DNA of 64,000 bases from Nitrospirota bacterium (GTDB lineage: Bacteria > Nitrospirota > Nitrospiria > Nitrospirales > Nitrospiraceae): positions 256,001 to 320,000 of the forward strand of contig CAVPBK010000009.1 in NCBI GenBank assembly GCA_963701855.1. Direction: 5' to 3'. The notes beneath the pieces are model-generated. The model searched no databases, was not told where the DNA came from, and saw nothing but the letters and a program-made list of their open reading frames with translations. The translations under genes were made by a program, and so were the position numbers. Positions 45,343 to 54,143 of the stretch are shown here, in pieces (within the stretch, counting starts at the first letter, position 1; each line of letters begins with the position of its first letter).

Positions 45343-45344
45343 CT

Positions 45345-46457
45345 ATGAAAATGGTCGCGGCGGCGAAATTCACCGGTACGCAGAACCGCTCTCTCGCGTC
45401 AGGGCCCTGCTTCATGACCCGCAGAATCGTCACCTGCGTCGCCCTCAGCCTCTGGATCGGCCTGACGTTCAACGGATCCATTCTTGATGCAGCAACCCTC
45501 CCGACGGCCGACACAGTCCTTCTAGATTTACATCTATCGGACAGCGACCGGGCAGACATCCGGCAGGGCAAGATCGTTAAATGGTCGGCCACTGAAGGGT
45601 CGGATCGGGAACTGGCGGTCGGCATGGTCTTGCTGGCCAAGACAAAAGCCGAGAATCTTGTCGAGATCTTTCGTGAGGCCAGTGCCTATAAAGAAGAAAA
45701 AGCGGTCACGGCGCATGGCGAGATTGCGGGTGACGGAACGCTGGCCGATTTCGCGGGCGTGAAGCTGGAACCGAACGGAGAGAAGGAGGCCCTCCGCTAC
45801 CTCTCGGCGGGACCGGGCGGGGACCTGAATCTGGACGCGAAGGAGATCGCCGCCTTTCGAGCGCTGAAACCAGCCGGCGGGAAGGTTGCCGTGACAGACG
45901 AGCAGGTCGAGGCACTAGTGCGCCAGACCTTATTGTCGCGATACCAGGCCTACCGGGCGAATGGACTTGCAGGCATCGCACCCTACGAGCGTAAAAACGG
46001 GCTTCGCCTGCAGGCGAGCGACGAACTGTCCCTGGCAGTCAAGCAGATGAAACTCCTGGCCATATATGCCCCGTCCGTGCATACCGCATTGCTCAATTAT
46101 CCGGCTGCCAAGGAAGGCCAGAAGGCTCTTGAAGAACATTTCTACTGGCTGAATATGGACCTCTTTGGACGTCCGACATACGCCTTGTCTCACCGCATGC
46201 TCTTCCAGGTCGGCGAAGTCTACTTCGCCTCGGATCGCCACTACTACACCAGCCACGATTACAACAGCCTGCAGCAGGGAGTGACAGCGCTTCCAACCAA
46301 GGACGGCACGCTCGTGATCACCCTGGTCCGAGTGTCAACCGACCAGGTGGGCGGCTTTGGATCTTCGGCAAAACATTCCATCTCTCGTGCCCTTATGGGA
46401 CCCTACTTTGACAGCCTGTACGAAACCCTTCGAGCCAAGGCAGAGAAGAAACAGTAG
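45345..46457 (+). CDS. secreted hypothetical protein, paralog 2, with AtpG-like N-terminal peptide
   Basis: ATG 45345 after GGAGG; starts MKMVAAAKFTGTQNRSLASGP, then aligns with paralog 1. Confidence 0.8.
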   Translation: MKMVAAAKFTGTQNRSLASGPCFMTRRIVTCVALSLWIGLTFNGSILDAATLPTADTVLLDLHLSDSDRADIRQGKIVKWSATEGSDRELAVGMVLLAKTKAENLVEIFREASAYKEEKAVTAHGEIAGDGTLADFAGVKLEPNGEKEALRYLSAGPGGDLNLDAKEIAAFRALKPAGGKVAVTDEQVEALVRQTLLSRYQAYRANGLAGIAPYERKNGLRLQASDELSLAVKQMKLLAIYAPSVHTALLNYPAAKEGQKALEEHFYWLNMDLFGRPTYALSHRMLFQVGEVYFASDRHYYTSHDYNSLQQGVTALPTKDGTLVITLVRVSTDQVGGFGSSAKHSISRALMGPYFDSLYETLRAKAEKKQ

Positions 46458-46617
46458 CCGGTTCGGACTGCGACCAGGATTTTTTGATCTGACCGTCCGG
46501 CGCGCTTCTCACAAATGAGGCTCGGTTGTGACTTGGCAAATGCGGCCGTTCCTTTCATTCTTACCTTGAGCGCCGCATCATGATCACCCGTTTCACTGGG
46601 AATACCAGAATACAGGG

Positions 46618-47592
46618 GTGGTTGTGAGCACGGGCTTCTTGCTCATTGCACTCGTGACGCTTTCGCTAGCTGTGGCAGAGAGCGGTACGACACCGGCAGC
46701 CGCCGCAGTATCTGAAAGTAGCGAAGAAGCCAAACCTGACGCGAAGCCGGCGGAGGGTAAACGCCGCCCGTTGCAATCATTCCTGCAGGGCGCCACTCCT
46801 GAAGAGCACGAACGGCTCGAGGAAGAACGAAAGCGTATCTCGGCGGCCGCCAAGACCTTCGGCACAGACCCCACCGCCATCAACGGTTATTATCAACTCG
46901 AATATGGTCACAATACCTTCACTAACAATCTGCGCGTCGATTCGGCGACCGCAGAAGCCCGCCTGCCCATCACACCGAACTTTATCATGCGGGTGACCAT
47001 GCCCTATGTGTTCGCCGATCTGGACCAGTCCAGAGGATTTACGACGAATGGCGCGAGCGATCTCCTGGTTCGAACGGGCGGACGGGTATATGCCACCCCG
47101 GATGTGGCCCTGTTCGTCGGTACCGATGTCTTTTTTCCGACAGGCTCGAACGATCGACTGAGCACAGGAAAATATACCCTTGGGCCAGCAGCTGCGGTGG
47201 CGGTCCCATTACCCAGGGCGCGCTCGTTATTCATTACATTTCTCCAGGACTTCGACTCTGTCGGGGGTGATCCCAGCCGCCGCGACATCCACTTCATGCG
47301 AGTCTCGTCAGCGGTCAACACCATCTGGTCCGAGCGGTGGTGGACCACAGCGTCCATGGAATGGGACATGGATTGGAACAGGAATCGAAAGACCACGATG
47401 AACCTGCTGGGTGAGGTCGGCCACCGGTTTGATAAACATTGGAATCTCTTTGTCTCATCCGGCGCGGGAGTGATGGGAAGGGAGTCATTTTTGGGTTTGG
47501 ACTGGACAGTGCAAGCCGGCGTGCGTTGGGTGTTCCAGACCCCGTTCTTTTCCGAAAAAGTCGTGGAAGAGCTTCCAATAGAAGGACGTTAG
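46618..47592 (+). CDS. putative outer-membrane beta-barrel protein (paralog of 10601-11644)
   Basis: Signal-like N-terminus; GTDPTAI, FPTG..LSTGKYTLGP, NTIWSERWW; start uncertain. Confidence 0.7.
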   Translation: MVVSTGFLLIALVTLSLAVAESGTTPAAAAVSESSEEAKPDAKPAEGKRRPLQSFLQGATPEEHERLEEERKRISAAAKTFGTDPTAINGYYQLEYGHNTFTNNLRVDSATAEARLPITPNFIMRVTMPYVFADLDQSRGFTTNGASDLLVRTGGRVYATPDVALFVGTDVFFPTGSNDRLSTGKYTLGPAAAVAVPLPRARSLFITFLQDFDSVGGDPSRRDIHFMRVSSAVNTIWSERWWTTASMEWDMDWNRNRKTTMNLLGEVGHRFDKHWNLFVSSGAGVMGRESFLGLDWTVQAGVRWVFQTPFFSEKVVEELPIEGR

Positions 47593-47777
47593 GAGCCTGT
47601 CCGACATTGCCTTCGTGGCGAGGCGAAGGAGATACAACCAGATGCAAGGCCGCAGGCTCGGAAAAACCGGAGGCGTGTTCACTGGAATACGTTGAGGATT
47701 TTTCAGGGCCGAGAACGACGCAGATGGTTGCAGATCGTTCGCCGCAGTAGAACGGTCAATGTCGGACAGGCTCCTAG
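47590..47777. mobile_element. family B MITE, 188 bp, copy 2 (inverted)
   Basis: TAGGAGCCTGTCCGACATTG ... CAATGTCGGACAGGCTCCTAG; left TAG is the stop codon of the upstream gene. Confidence 0.85.
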
Positions 47778-47794
47778 CCCGCATCCGAAGATCG

Positions 47795-47845
47795 TTGTTT
47801 GGTTTGTCTCGTTTATTTGGTCAACCAGAGAAACCAGACAGACCT
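47795..47845. repeat. short inverted 9-mer array
   Basis: GTTTGGTTTGTCTCGTTTATTTGG ... CCAGAGAAACCAGACAGAC between convergent genes. Confidence 0.55.
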
Positions 47846-47854
47846 GCGCCGCTC

Positions 47855-48649
47855 TTACTTCATCCCGGCCAGAAGATCGATGAGCCCCTGGTCGGCAAAA
47901 TCGAGCTGAATGAGACCGAACCGCGGGTAGTCGAGATCGAAGATCACATAAATGGTGAGCGTCACGACGACCGCGAACGTGAATACGTGGAGCCTGACGT
48001 TGCGTGTCTTGGTGTAGGCCAATACATACCCGGCCAGCAAGGAGCAGACCAGCCCGAGAATCAGGAGGACGGCAAAAATTAATATAGGGGTGTGCGTACG
48101 TGCCGCAATGGTGCGAGCGGTGGTCACGTCGATCATTTGGTTCAGCGCCGGGACCATGACGATCGTCGCCTGCGGCGGCGCCTCTTTCAATGCAACGAGA
48201 GCCCCGGCCCAGATCTCATTCTGCAACGTCATGCCAACCGCTGCCCGCGCATTAGAGGCCTCAATGTCGGGTAACAGCCGATAGACCGCGATGCGCGCTT
48301 CGGCATACTGGCGGAACTTCTCCCGCAGCGCCGGTTGCGATGCAGCCGGCAGGAGATCGAGCCGTAAATAGGCCGTGCTGATGGCATTCGCTTCCTCCAC
48401 GATCAACTCGCGGCGCAGCTCATACCGGGAAGCGGCGCCCGAGAACGTGAACGCAATCATCAAGCCCATGAGGCCAAAGATAGCGGTTTCGACTCCCGTC
48501 AGTCGTGAACGAACGACATCCGTCTCTTGTCCGAGGCTTCGCTGTCCCCATCGCTGCCCGATTGTCAGCATCAGGAGCATGCCGGCAAAGAGACCCAGGA
48601 TCAGTAAGAACGCGATGGCGTTATAACTCAGGCCAGACTCACCAGCCAT
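47855..48649 (-). CDS. DUF4239-like integral membrane protein
   Basis: GLMIAFTFS.A.SRYE.RR..IVEEANAISTAYLR and C-terminal DLDYPR.GLI. Confidence 0.8.
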   Translation of the reverse strand: MAGESGLSYNAIAFLLILGLFAGMLLMLTIGQRWGQRSLGQETDVVRSRLTGVETAIFGLMGLMIAFTFSGAASRYELRRELIVEEANAISTAYLRLDLLPAASQPALREKFRQYAEARIAVYRLLPDIEASNARAAVGMTLQNEIWAGALVALKEAPPQATIVMVPALNQMIDVTTARTIAARTHTPILIFAVLLILGLVCSLLAGYVLAYTKTRNVRLHVFTFAVVVTLTIYVIFDLDYPRFGLIQLDFADQGLIDLLAGMK

Positions 48650-48699
48650 ATCTCTCCCTCACCCGGCCGGACAATGCACTCGCTCTATCAGCTCACTCT

Positions 48700-48818
48700 T
48701 GTTCGTTTGGTCTGTCTCGTCTATCTGATTTATTTGGTTTGTCTTGTTGATTTGGTTCATCGAATTGGTCTTGTCTAACCAAATAAACTAAATAAACCAG
48801 ACCAACCAAACAGACCAC
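48700..48818. repeat. inverted 9-mer array in 5' region of the DUF4239-like gene
   Basis: TTTGGTCTG/TTTGTCTTG units followed by AAACCAGAC/AAATAAACT units. Confidence 0.65.
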
Positions 48819-49169
48819 ACCGGAAGTAAAAATGGCGCTCAGAGTAGCACAAGCTTGTGTAGGCGGGTAAGAGGTCTTATCGGTCGATAGAGGCACATGC
48901 GTTCGACCGGCATATAGGGGGGATCTAGCCCGTGCCGAAGAGGCGAGCTGCTGATCGGAGTTCGCGGCCTCAGCTCAAAGTTTCAATCTCTAACGATCCA
49001 TGCCCATCGCATCATTCTCGGCCGGCTCTCAAGAACCGTGAAGCGTGAAACGAGGGTCAGCCTCGGCCCTGCGGCCTCGCATATCGAGCTTGTCGCTGAA
49101 CTTGAAGAGCAACGTGCATGGTTTCTGGCCTACCGAGCCGCCGGTATCCACGCCCATGTCGGCAGCTGG

Positions 49170-49457
49170 TTAGGCTACTTCCAACTCCTCGTGCACGCGC
49201 CGGCCAAGCGCCGTGGCGATATTCACCAAAGCATCCAGGGAGAACCGCGACACCCTCCCGCCCAACAGGTCATTAATGCGCGGCTGAGTGACGCCGCAAT
49301 GAGTTGCAGCGTCGGACTGCTTCCAGTCCTTGGCCTTGATGATAACCGCGATCTGCTGCATCAATTCGGCCCGCGCCTGAAGATTGGCTGCCTGCTCAGG
49401 CGTGTCGGCAATCGCATCCCACAGGCTACTGAAAGTCTTGGTTTTGTTCTTGGTCAT
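49170..49457 (-). CDS. XRE/HigA-like HTH antitoxin
   Basis: WDAIADTP..AANL..RAELM, HTH QSDAATHCGVTQPRINDLL.G..SRFSLDALV. Confidence 0.85.
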   Translation of the reverse strand: MTKNKTKTFSSLWDAIADTPEQAANLQARAELMQQIAVIIKAKDWKQSDAATHCGVTQPRINDLLGGRVSRFSLDALVNIATALGRRVHEELEVA

Positions 49458-49465
49458 AGTCCACC

Positions 49466-49512
49466 TCACATCAGTTCGGTGAATGACTTTTTAGCAAGCT
49501 CGAAGTCACCGG
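49466..49512 (-). pseudogene. C-terminal stub of a RelE/HigB-like toxin
   Basis: GDFELAKKSFTELM* directly upstream of the antitoxin; the rest is unrecognisable. Confidence 0.4.
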
Positions 49513-49811
49513 AGAAGCCATGCCCGTGCAGCCGGCCATAATCTAATTTTCTCTCAGCATGTACTACTTCTTCCTGTGAATGGATGACTGGTGCGCAGAA
49601 CTCACCGGCGGCAGCACGAACAAGCAGGGTTCGCCTGTGCTGATATAGCAAGCAGATTCTCTGCGACGTGCGTGAGAGCATAAAGATTCGGAATTGACGT
49701 GTCTACGCAGAACAACCGGACACCCGTGTCTTGCCGAATGCGTCCACTCCGTCCTGCATTGCTCCAAAGCAGACGGTTTGCTAATCTCCGCTCGGACCAC
49801 TATTCGAGCGA

Positions 49812-51386
49812 ATGACAATCTTGATCAAACATGTGGTAGTGAACGTCGCTGCACTGTTTGTCCTGTTACTCTCTGCCATCCATTTCTGGACCCAGCCAGC
49901 CTGGGCAGGTGAGGCACAAGCCGCCTCGCCATCCCCATCCGAACCCACGCAGGTGGACAAACCGTCCCCGGTGGAGCAACCCGCTGATCGCCCCTCTGAA
50001 CAGCGCCTCGGACCGCTCGCACATCGCTTCCAAGAGATTATCTTCTCGGACGGTTCGGGACTGAGCGTCCCGCAGTCCCCGCTCCACCTTGATCAGTTGC
50101 TCCATGTCCCCGAATGGCTGCACCTGGGTCTCGACTTCCGTACACGCTACGAAGCCTACAGCCAGCCGGTCAAAAAGAACGAGACGACTGGAGCCGCGCA
50201 ATTTTCTGAGCGCACGGATGTTCAGCTCGGCATCCATTATAAGCCGTTCAAATTTCACGCGGAGTTTCTGGACGCCCGCCCGCTCTACAACTACGGCCTC
50301 ACGGTCAGCAACCGGATGGAAAACCAGAACGATCTGCTGCAACTCTATGGCAGCGTGGGGACGGACAATTTCCTCGAATCGGGCCTACCGGCCGAGCTGC
50401 AGGTTGGTAAGTTTACTCAAGTTTTTGGAAAGGGCCGGCTCATCGCTAGGAGTCAGTACAGCAACGTCCCCATTTCGTTCGTGGGCGCTCACTGGACATT
50501 GGGAACACTCAAGGATTGGGAAATCAGGGCGTTTGTCATGCGCCCGGTACAAAATCATCAGACATCACCGGACACCGTCCCCTCGAATACTCTGTTTAGC
50601 GGCATGTCGTATCTGGACCAGCGCATGCCCTGGTTCCATACTGAGCTGTACGCCTATTACATATCGCAGAACGAGCAGGTACAGGGCACCACCGGCATCA
50701 ATCAGGACCAGAGTACCCAAGGTCAACTGGCGGACCTCTACACCCCAGGCTTCCGGCTCTTCAAGCCGGAAGCCAAGGCAACCTTCGATTATGAAATCGA
50801 ATCCGCCTACCAGTTCGGTCGATCGGCACTCAAGCCCGGATCCCCTGTATTAACCACATTCGCGTACTTTCAGCATGCGGAGGTAGGGTACACGTTCGAT
50901 CACCCCTGGACACCGTCGATCCGTTTCAAATACGACTATGCCAGCGGCGACAGTGATCCCAACGACAACAAGAACGGCCGTTTCAATCCACTCTTCGGTA
51001 CACAAAGTTTCCCATTCACGTACACGGGCATCTGGTCCCTATTCAAACGGGCGAATATCAGCTCCCCAGGCTATGTCCTGTCCATGGAACCGCTGAAGGA
51101 TGTCCACGTCTTCTTCAAACAGCGCTTTTGGTGGTTGGCCCAGTCCAAAGACGAGTTCGTCGGATCTGGTCTGCAGGATTCAACCGGGCGTGCCGGCAAG
51201 TATGTGGGATCGGAAATTGATCTGCGGCTGGCCTGGACCGTCAGCCAGAATCTGCTGCTTGAAGGAGGATGGATGTATCTGATCAAGGGGAGTTACTATT
51301 CCAATCTCTTGAGCCAAGGCGTTGCGGGCGCCCCCAACGACAACAATACTAATTATGTGTTCGTGTCTATGCGGCTCTTTTTCTGA
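49812..51386 (+). CDS. alginate export family outer-membrane porin
   Basis: Signal peptide ending AWA, DFRTRYE, DYASGDSDP.D....F.PLFG, GSEIDL, C-terminal Phe. Confidence 0.85.
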   Translation: MTILIKHVVVNVAALFVLLLSAIHFWTQPAWAGEAQAASPSPSEPTQVDKPSPVEQPADRPSEQRLGPLAHRFQEIIFSDGSGLSVPQSPLHLDQLLHVPEWLHLGLDFRTRYEAYSQPVKKNETTGAAQFSERTDVQLGIHYKPFKFHAEFLDARPLYNYGLTVSNRMENQNDLLQLYGSVGTDNFLESGLPAELQVGKFTQVFGKGRLIARSQYSNVPISFVGAHWTLGTLKDWEIRAFVMRPVQNHQTSPDTVPSNTLFSGMSYLDQRMPWFHTELYAYYISQNEQVQGTTGINQDQSTQGQLADLYTPGFRLFKPEAKATFDYEIESAYQFGRSALKPGSPVLTTFAYFQHAEVGYTFDHPWTPSIRFKYDYASGDSDPNDNKNGRFNPLFGTQSFPFTYTGIWSLFKRANISSPGYVLSMEPLKDVHVFFKQRFWWLAQSKDEFVGSGLQDSTGRAGKYVGSEIDLRLAWTVSQNLLLEGGWMYLIKGSYYSNLLSQGVAGAPNDNNTNYVFVSMRLFF

Positions 51387-51796
51387 ACTCCGTTGTCCGC
51401 GCAAGCCTCTGGGTCTCATCTCGCTCTGTTCATTGCCGGGAGCGCTTTGGCCCCGACTATTCTTTCATTGACAGTCCCGACGCGCCACGATGGGTTCCCC
51501 TCTCCTCGTAGCTTGAAACCAGCATATCTCTGTGAATAGGGGCCAAGGAAATTGAGTAGGAGAGTCGACTCATCCTACGGCCGACATTTCGTGTGGCTGG
51601 GAGCAGCTTATGTGGTGGTGGGCGAAACGCGATTAACACTGTCTGGCGCTGGGTGATGATAACTTCTACGGGTAACGATGTGAAGGCAAGAGCAACTCGG
51701 CACATCGCGTTGCTGCAGCCTCTGGTGGATCGTCCTACATTCCACCTCACTGAAAGGAAACATGCGTGATACAGCCCGTGACGTCCGCGCGAAACT

Positions 51797-52162
51797 TTAA
51801 ACGTCCTCCGGGATAGGCTTGTTTATCTCTTTTTTCTCAAGAGTGCCTGACTCGAACTTGATGGCCTTTTCAATAGCCTCGCTTAACGATTCTCCATACG
51901 CGAAATATCTGTAGCTGACATAAGCCGTGAAACACCCCACTGCCAACTCACCGACTCCAAGCAGCATGGCAGCGCCGACACCTACTACGAACCCTGGAAG
52001 GGTCCCGTGGCCCGGGAGGACGTGAAACACATGCCGGACTCCAGTACCTACCGCGTCCCAGCCTTCCTCTAGGGCATTGACTACGCCCTTGCCGCTCGCA
52101 GCAACAGAATCAGTCAAAGTCGCCGATTCTGTTTCCATCGTGTCGGTTGTGCTCTCTTCCAT
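51797..52162 (-). CDS. small Gly-rich membrane protein
   Basis: ATG 52162 after GGAGGAGAGG; hydrophobic GFVVGVGAAMLLGVGELAVG segment with GxxxG spacing. Confidence 0.65.
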   Translation of the reverse strand: MEESTTDTMETESATLTDSVAASGKGVVNALEEGWDAVGTGVRHVFHVLPGHGTLPGFVVGVGAAMLLGVGELAVGCFTAYVSYRYFAYGESLSEAIEKAIKFESGTLEKKEINKPIPEDV

Positions 52163-52667
52163 GTTCCTCTCCTCCATATTCATTTCCTTCAGACTCAATA
52201 ATTCACGCGCAAATGTTATCTGAACCGTAATCGCTTGTAAAGATGTCCGAGGAGGGGCACCTCGGTTACACCGGCCACTGTCGCTGAAGAGAGAGCTTGA
52301 TAACGAGACACTCCTCCAGCGCACATTCGCCGCTCCTGAGTCTTCCGCTGTCGGCAGAAGGCCAGGCGTTTTGTGAGCTTCTGCATTTAAACAAATAAAC
52401 CAGCACAGAGCGTACACAGCCTGCTGTTGTTTCTTTTACACAGGGACTCGGTTCAAATCAGGCCCCGGGCGAAATAGTTAAAGCATACAATTATAGATAA
52501 TGGCATACATAACTGTTATACATGAATTATACTGATTGTAGATGGTCTCTCATGCTCATTTGTGTCACAGACCAACACCATTATATATATGCATCTGACT
52601 CATTATAAGGAAATTGCCTCCAGTTCCCCAGGTAGACACAAGACATCGGAATGGATCAATCAGGCGC

Positions 52668-53315
52668 TCAGGGGTTGTTGATGGGGGACGAGCCGGGAGA
52701 TACCCGGAGCATAAAGAACAGTTCTCTCAACGGCAGGAGGATCCAGAGGAGCAGCGCGACATTGTTGCTCACGAGGGAGACAATGATGCTTACCAACGCG
52801 AGTCCGGGAGCGGCATAGACGGCCCACACCGGAACCGTCACCCAGGTTCCGCCCGTCTCATCCGTCCGCCATTTTTCCCTCGCCAACACATACTGCCCCA
52901 ACACGTTCATCGACAAGGAGGCCAGCCCAAGATTCGCGGAGAAGACGATCGTGGCAATACGGTCGCCCTCATAATGACCGATCAGAGAGGCGGCATACGG
53001 GGCCAGCGAGATGAAGAGCAAATGCACGAAGTTGAGCACCAGCGCACGCGCATCACACTTGGTTACTGACTGAAAGATCCGGTGATGATTCAACCAGAAG
53101 AAAGCGACCACAGAAAAACTGATGATATAGGCGAAAAAGTTAGGGAGTTGCTCAAACAGGTCGGTGGTCAACTGGGGATTGGTGATCCCCGGAATCTCCG
53201 GCACCTTGAGATCCAGCACGAGCAGTGTGAGGGCAAACGCATACACGCCGTCCGAGACGGCGCACAGGCGGTCATGTGTGTGCGTGTGTTTCAGAAACAG
53301 GGGCAGTGCTCTCAT
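52668..53315 (-). CDS. TMEM175-family potassium channel
   Basis: RLCAVSDGVYAFALTLLVLDL (RxxxFSD-type motif), YIISF.VV..FW..HH. Confidence 0.88.
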   Translation of the reverse strand: MRALPLFLKHTHTHDRLCAVSDGVYAFALTLLVLDLKVPEIPGITNPQLTTDLFEQLPNFFAYIISFSVVAFFWLNHHRIFQSVTKCDARALVLNFVHLLFISLAPYAASLIGHYEGDRIATIVFSANLGLASLSMNVLGQYVLAREKWRTDETGGTWVTVPVWAVYAAPGLALVSIIVSLVSNNVALLLWILLPLRELFFMLRVSPGSSPINNP

Positions 53316-53458
53316 GAATTAGCCTCAGACCCTGGCGCACGTTGAAGCGGCCCGTATTTCTTGAGCCAATGATGGAGAGAGACTATGTCACGGATATATT
53401 GCGAAAAAAGTCAGGAAAAACGCTCGACCGAGGCTCGCGCATGAGGCAGTGAGAAGGC

Positions 53459-54130
53459 CTACTGCCCTGCTTTGGGAACTGGCTCTCCGGCTTCAGGCTC
53501 ATCGCCTGTCTTCAAGATGGTGGCCTTGGAGAAGCAGTACGTGGACAGGATCAGGAACGGTACGCCAGGAACCCCCGGCACAGCAAACATCGCTACTCCC
53601 ACGACCATGCTGGCATATCCCACCATCCAATAGCCTTGCTTGACTGACCCGGCTGCTTGAGGCACACCATTGGAACCAGGGCTACTTTCTGCCGTATTCA
53701 GGTATCGCCACGGCTGCAACCAGGTCATCGCAAACGAATTGGTTGCAGCCTCGGGCAACGCGGCAGATGCACACTGTTCGAGCTCTTCGCGATTACGACT
53801 TTGCAGGAATAGGCACAGCGACTTCGAAGTCCACATCGCGGGATCGTGCACGACCGTGACACTCTGGCAGCCTGGCGCAACAGTGACTTCAGTGACGCCA
53901 GCTTGCACCGACAGCAATGGTCGTAGTCCGCCGACCATATGCGAATCGGCTTTGAGAGTCGGCACACGCAGCCGGACACGCCCAGGAATCGAATGAATGA
54001 CGTGGGTGGCCGCCAAGGGTCCGTTGAGTTGCACCGATGCAGACCGGTTCTCTCCACCTCCAGGCACGGACGAGGAGTTGTTGACTCCCTCAAGTGGCAT
54101 ATCAGATGGGCTCAGATCATTCCGGGCCAT
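53459..54130 (-). CDS. HMA2-domain membrane protein
   Basis: VIHSIPGRVRLRVP..GVTEV.....SVTV.HD domain; C-terminal TM with PGVPFLILS..CF. Confidence 0.75.
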   Translation of the reverse strand: MARNDLSPSDMPLEGVNNSSSVPGGGENRSASVQLNGPLAATHVIHSIPGRVRLRVPTLKADSHMVGGLRPLLSVQAGVTEVTVAPGCQSVTVVHDPAMWTSKSLCLFLQSRNREELEQCASAALPEAATNSFAMTWLQPWRYLNTAESSPGSNGVPQAAGSVKQGYWMVGYASMVVGVAMFAVPGVPGVPFLILSTYCFSKATILKTGDEPEAGEPVPKAGQ

Positions 54131-54143
54131 TCGTACGACCTCG

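Noticed and set aside
45033..45344. ORF-track start at 45033 for paralog 2
   Set aside because: Overlaps paralog 1 by over 300 bp; ATG 45345 has a good RBS
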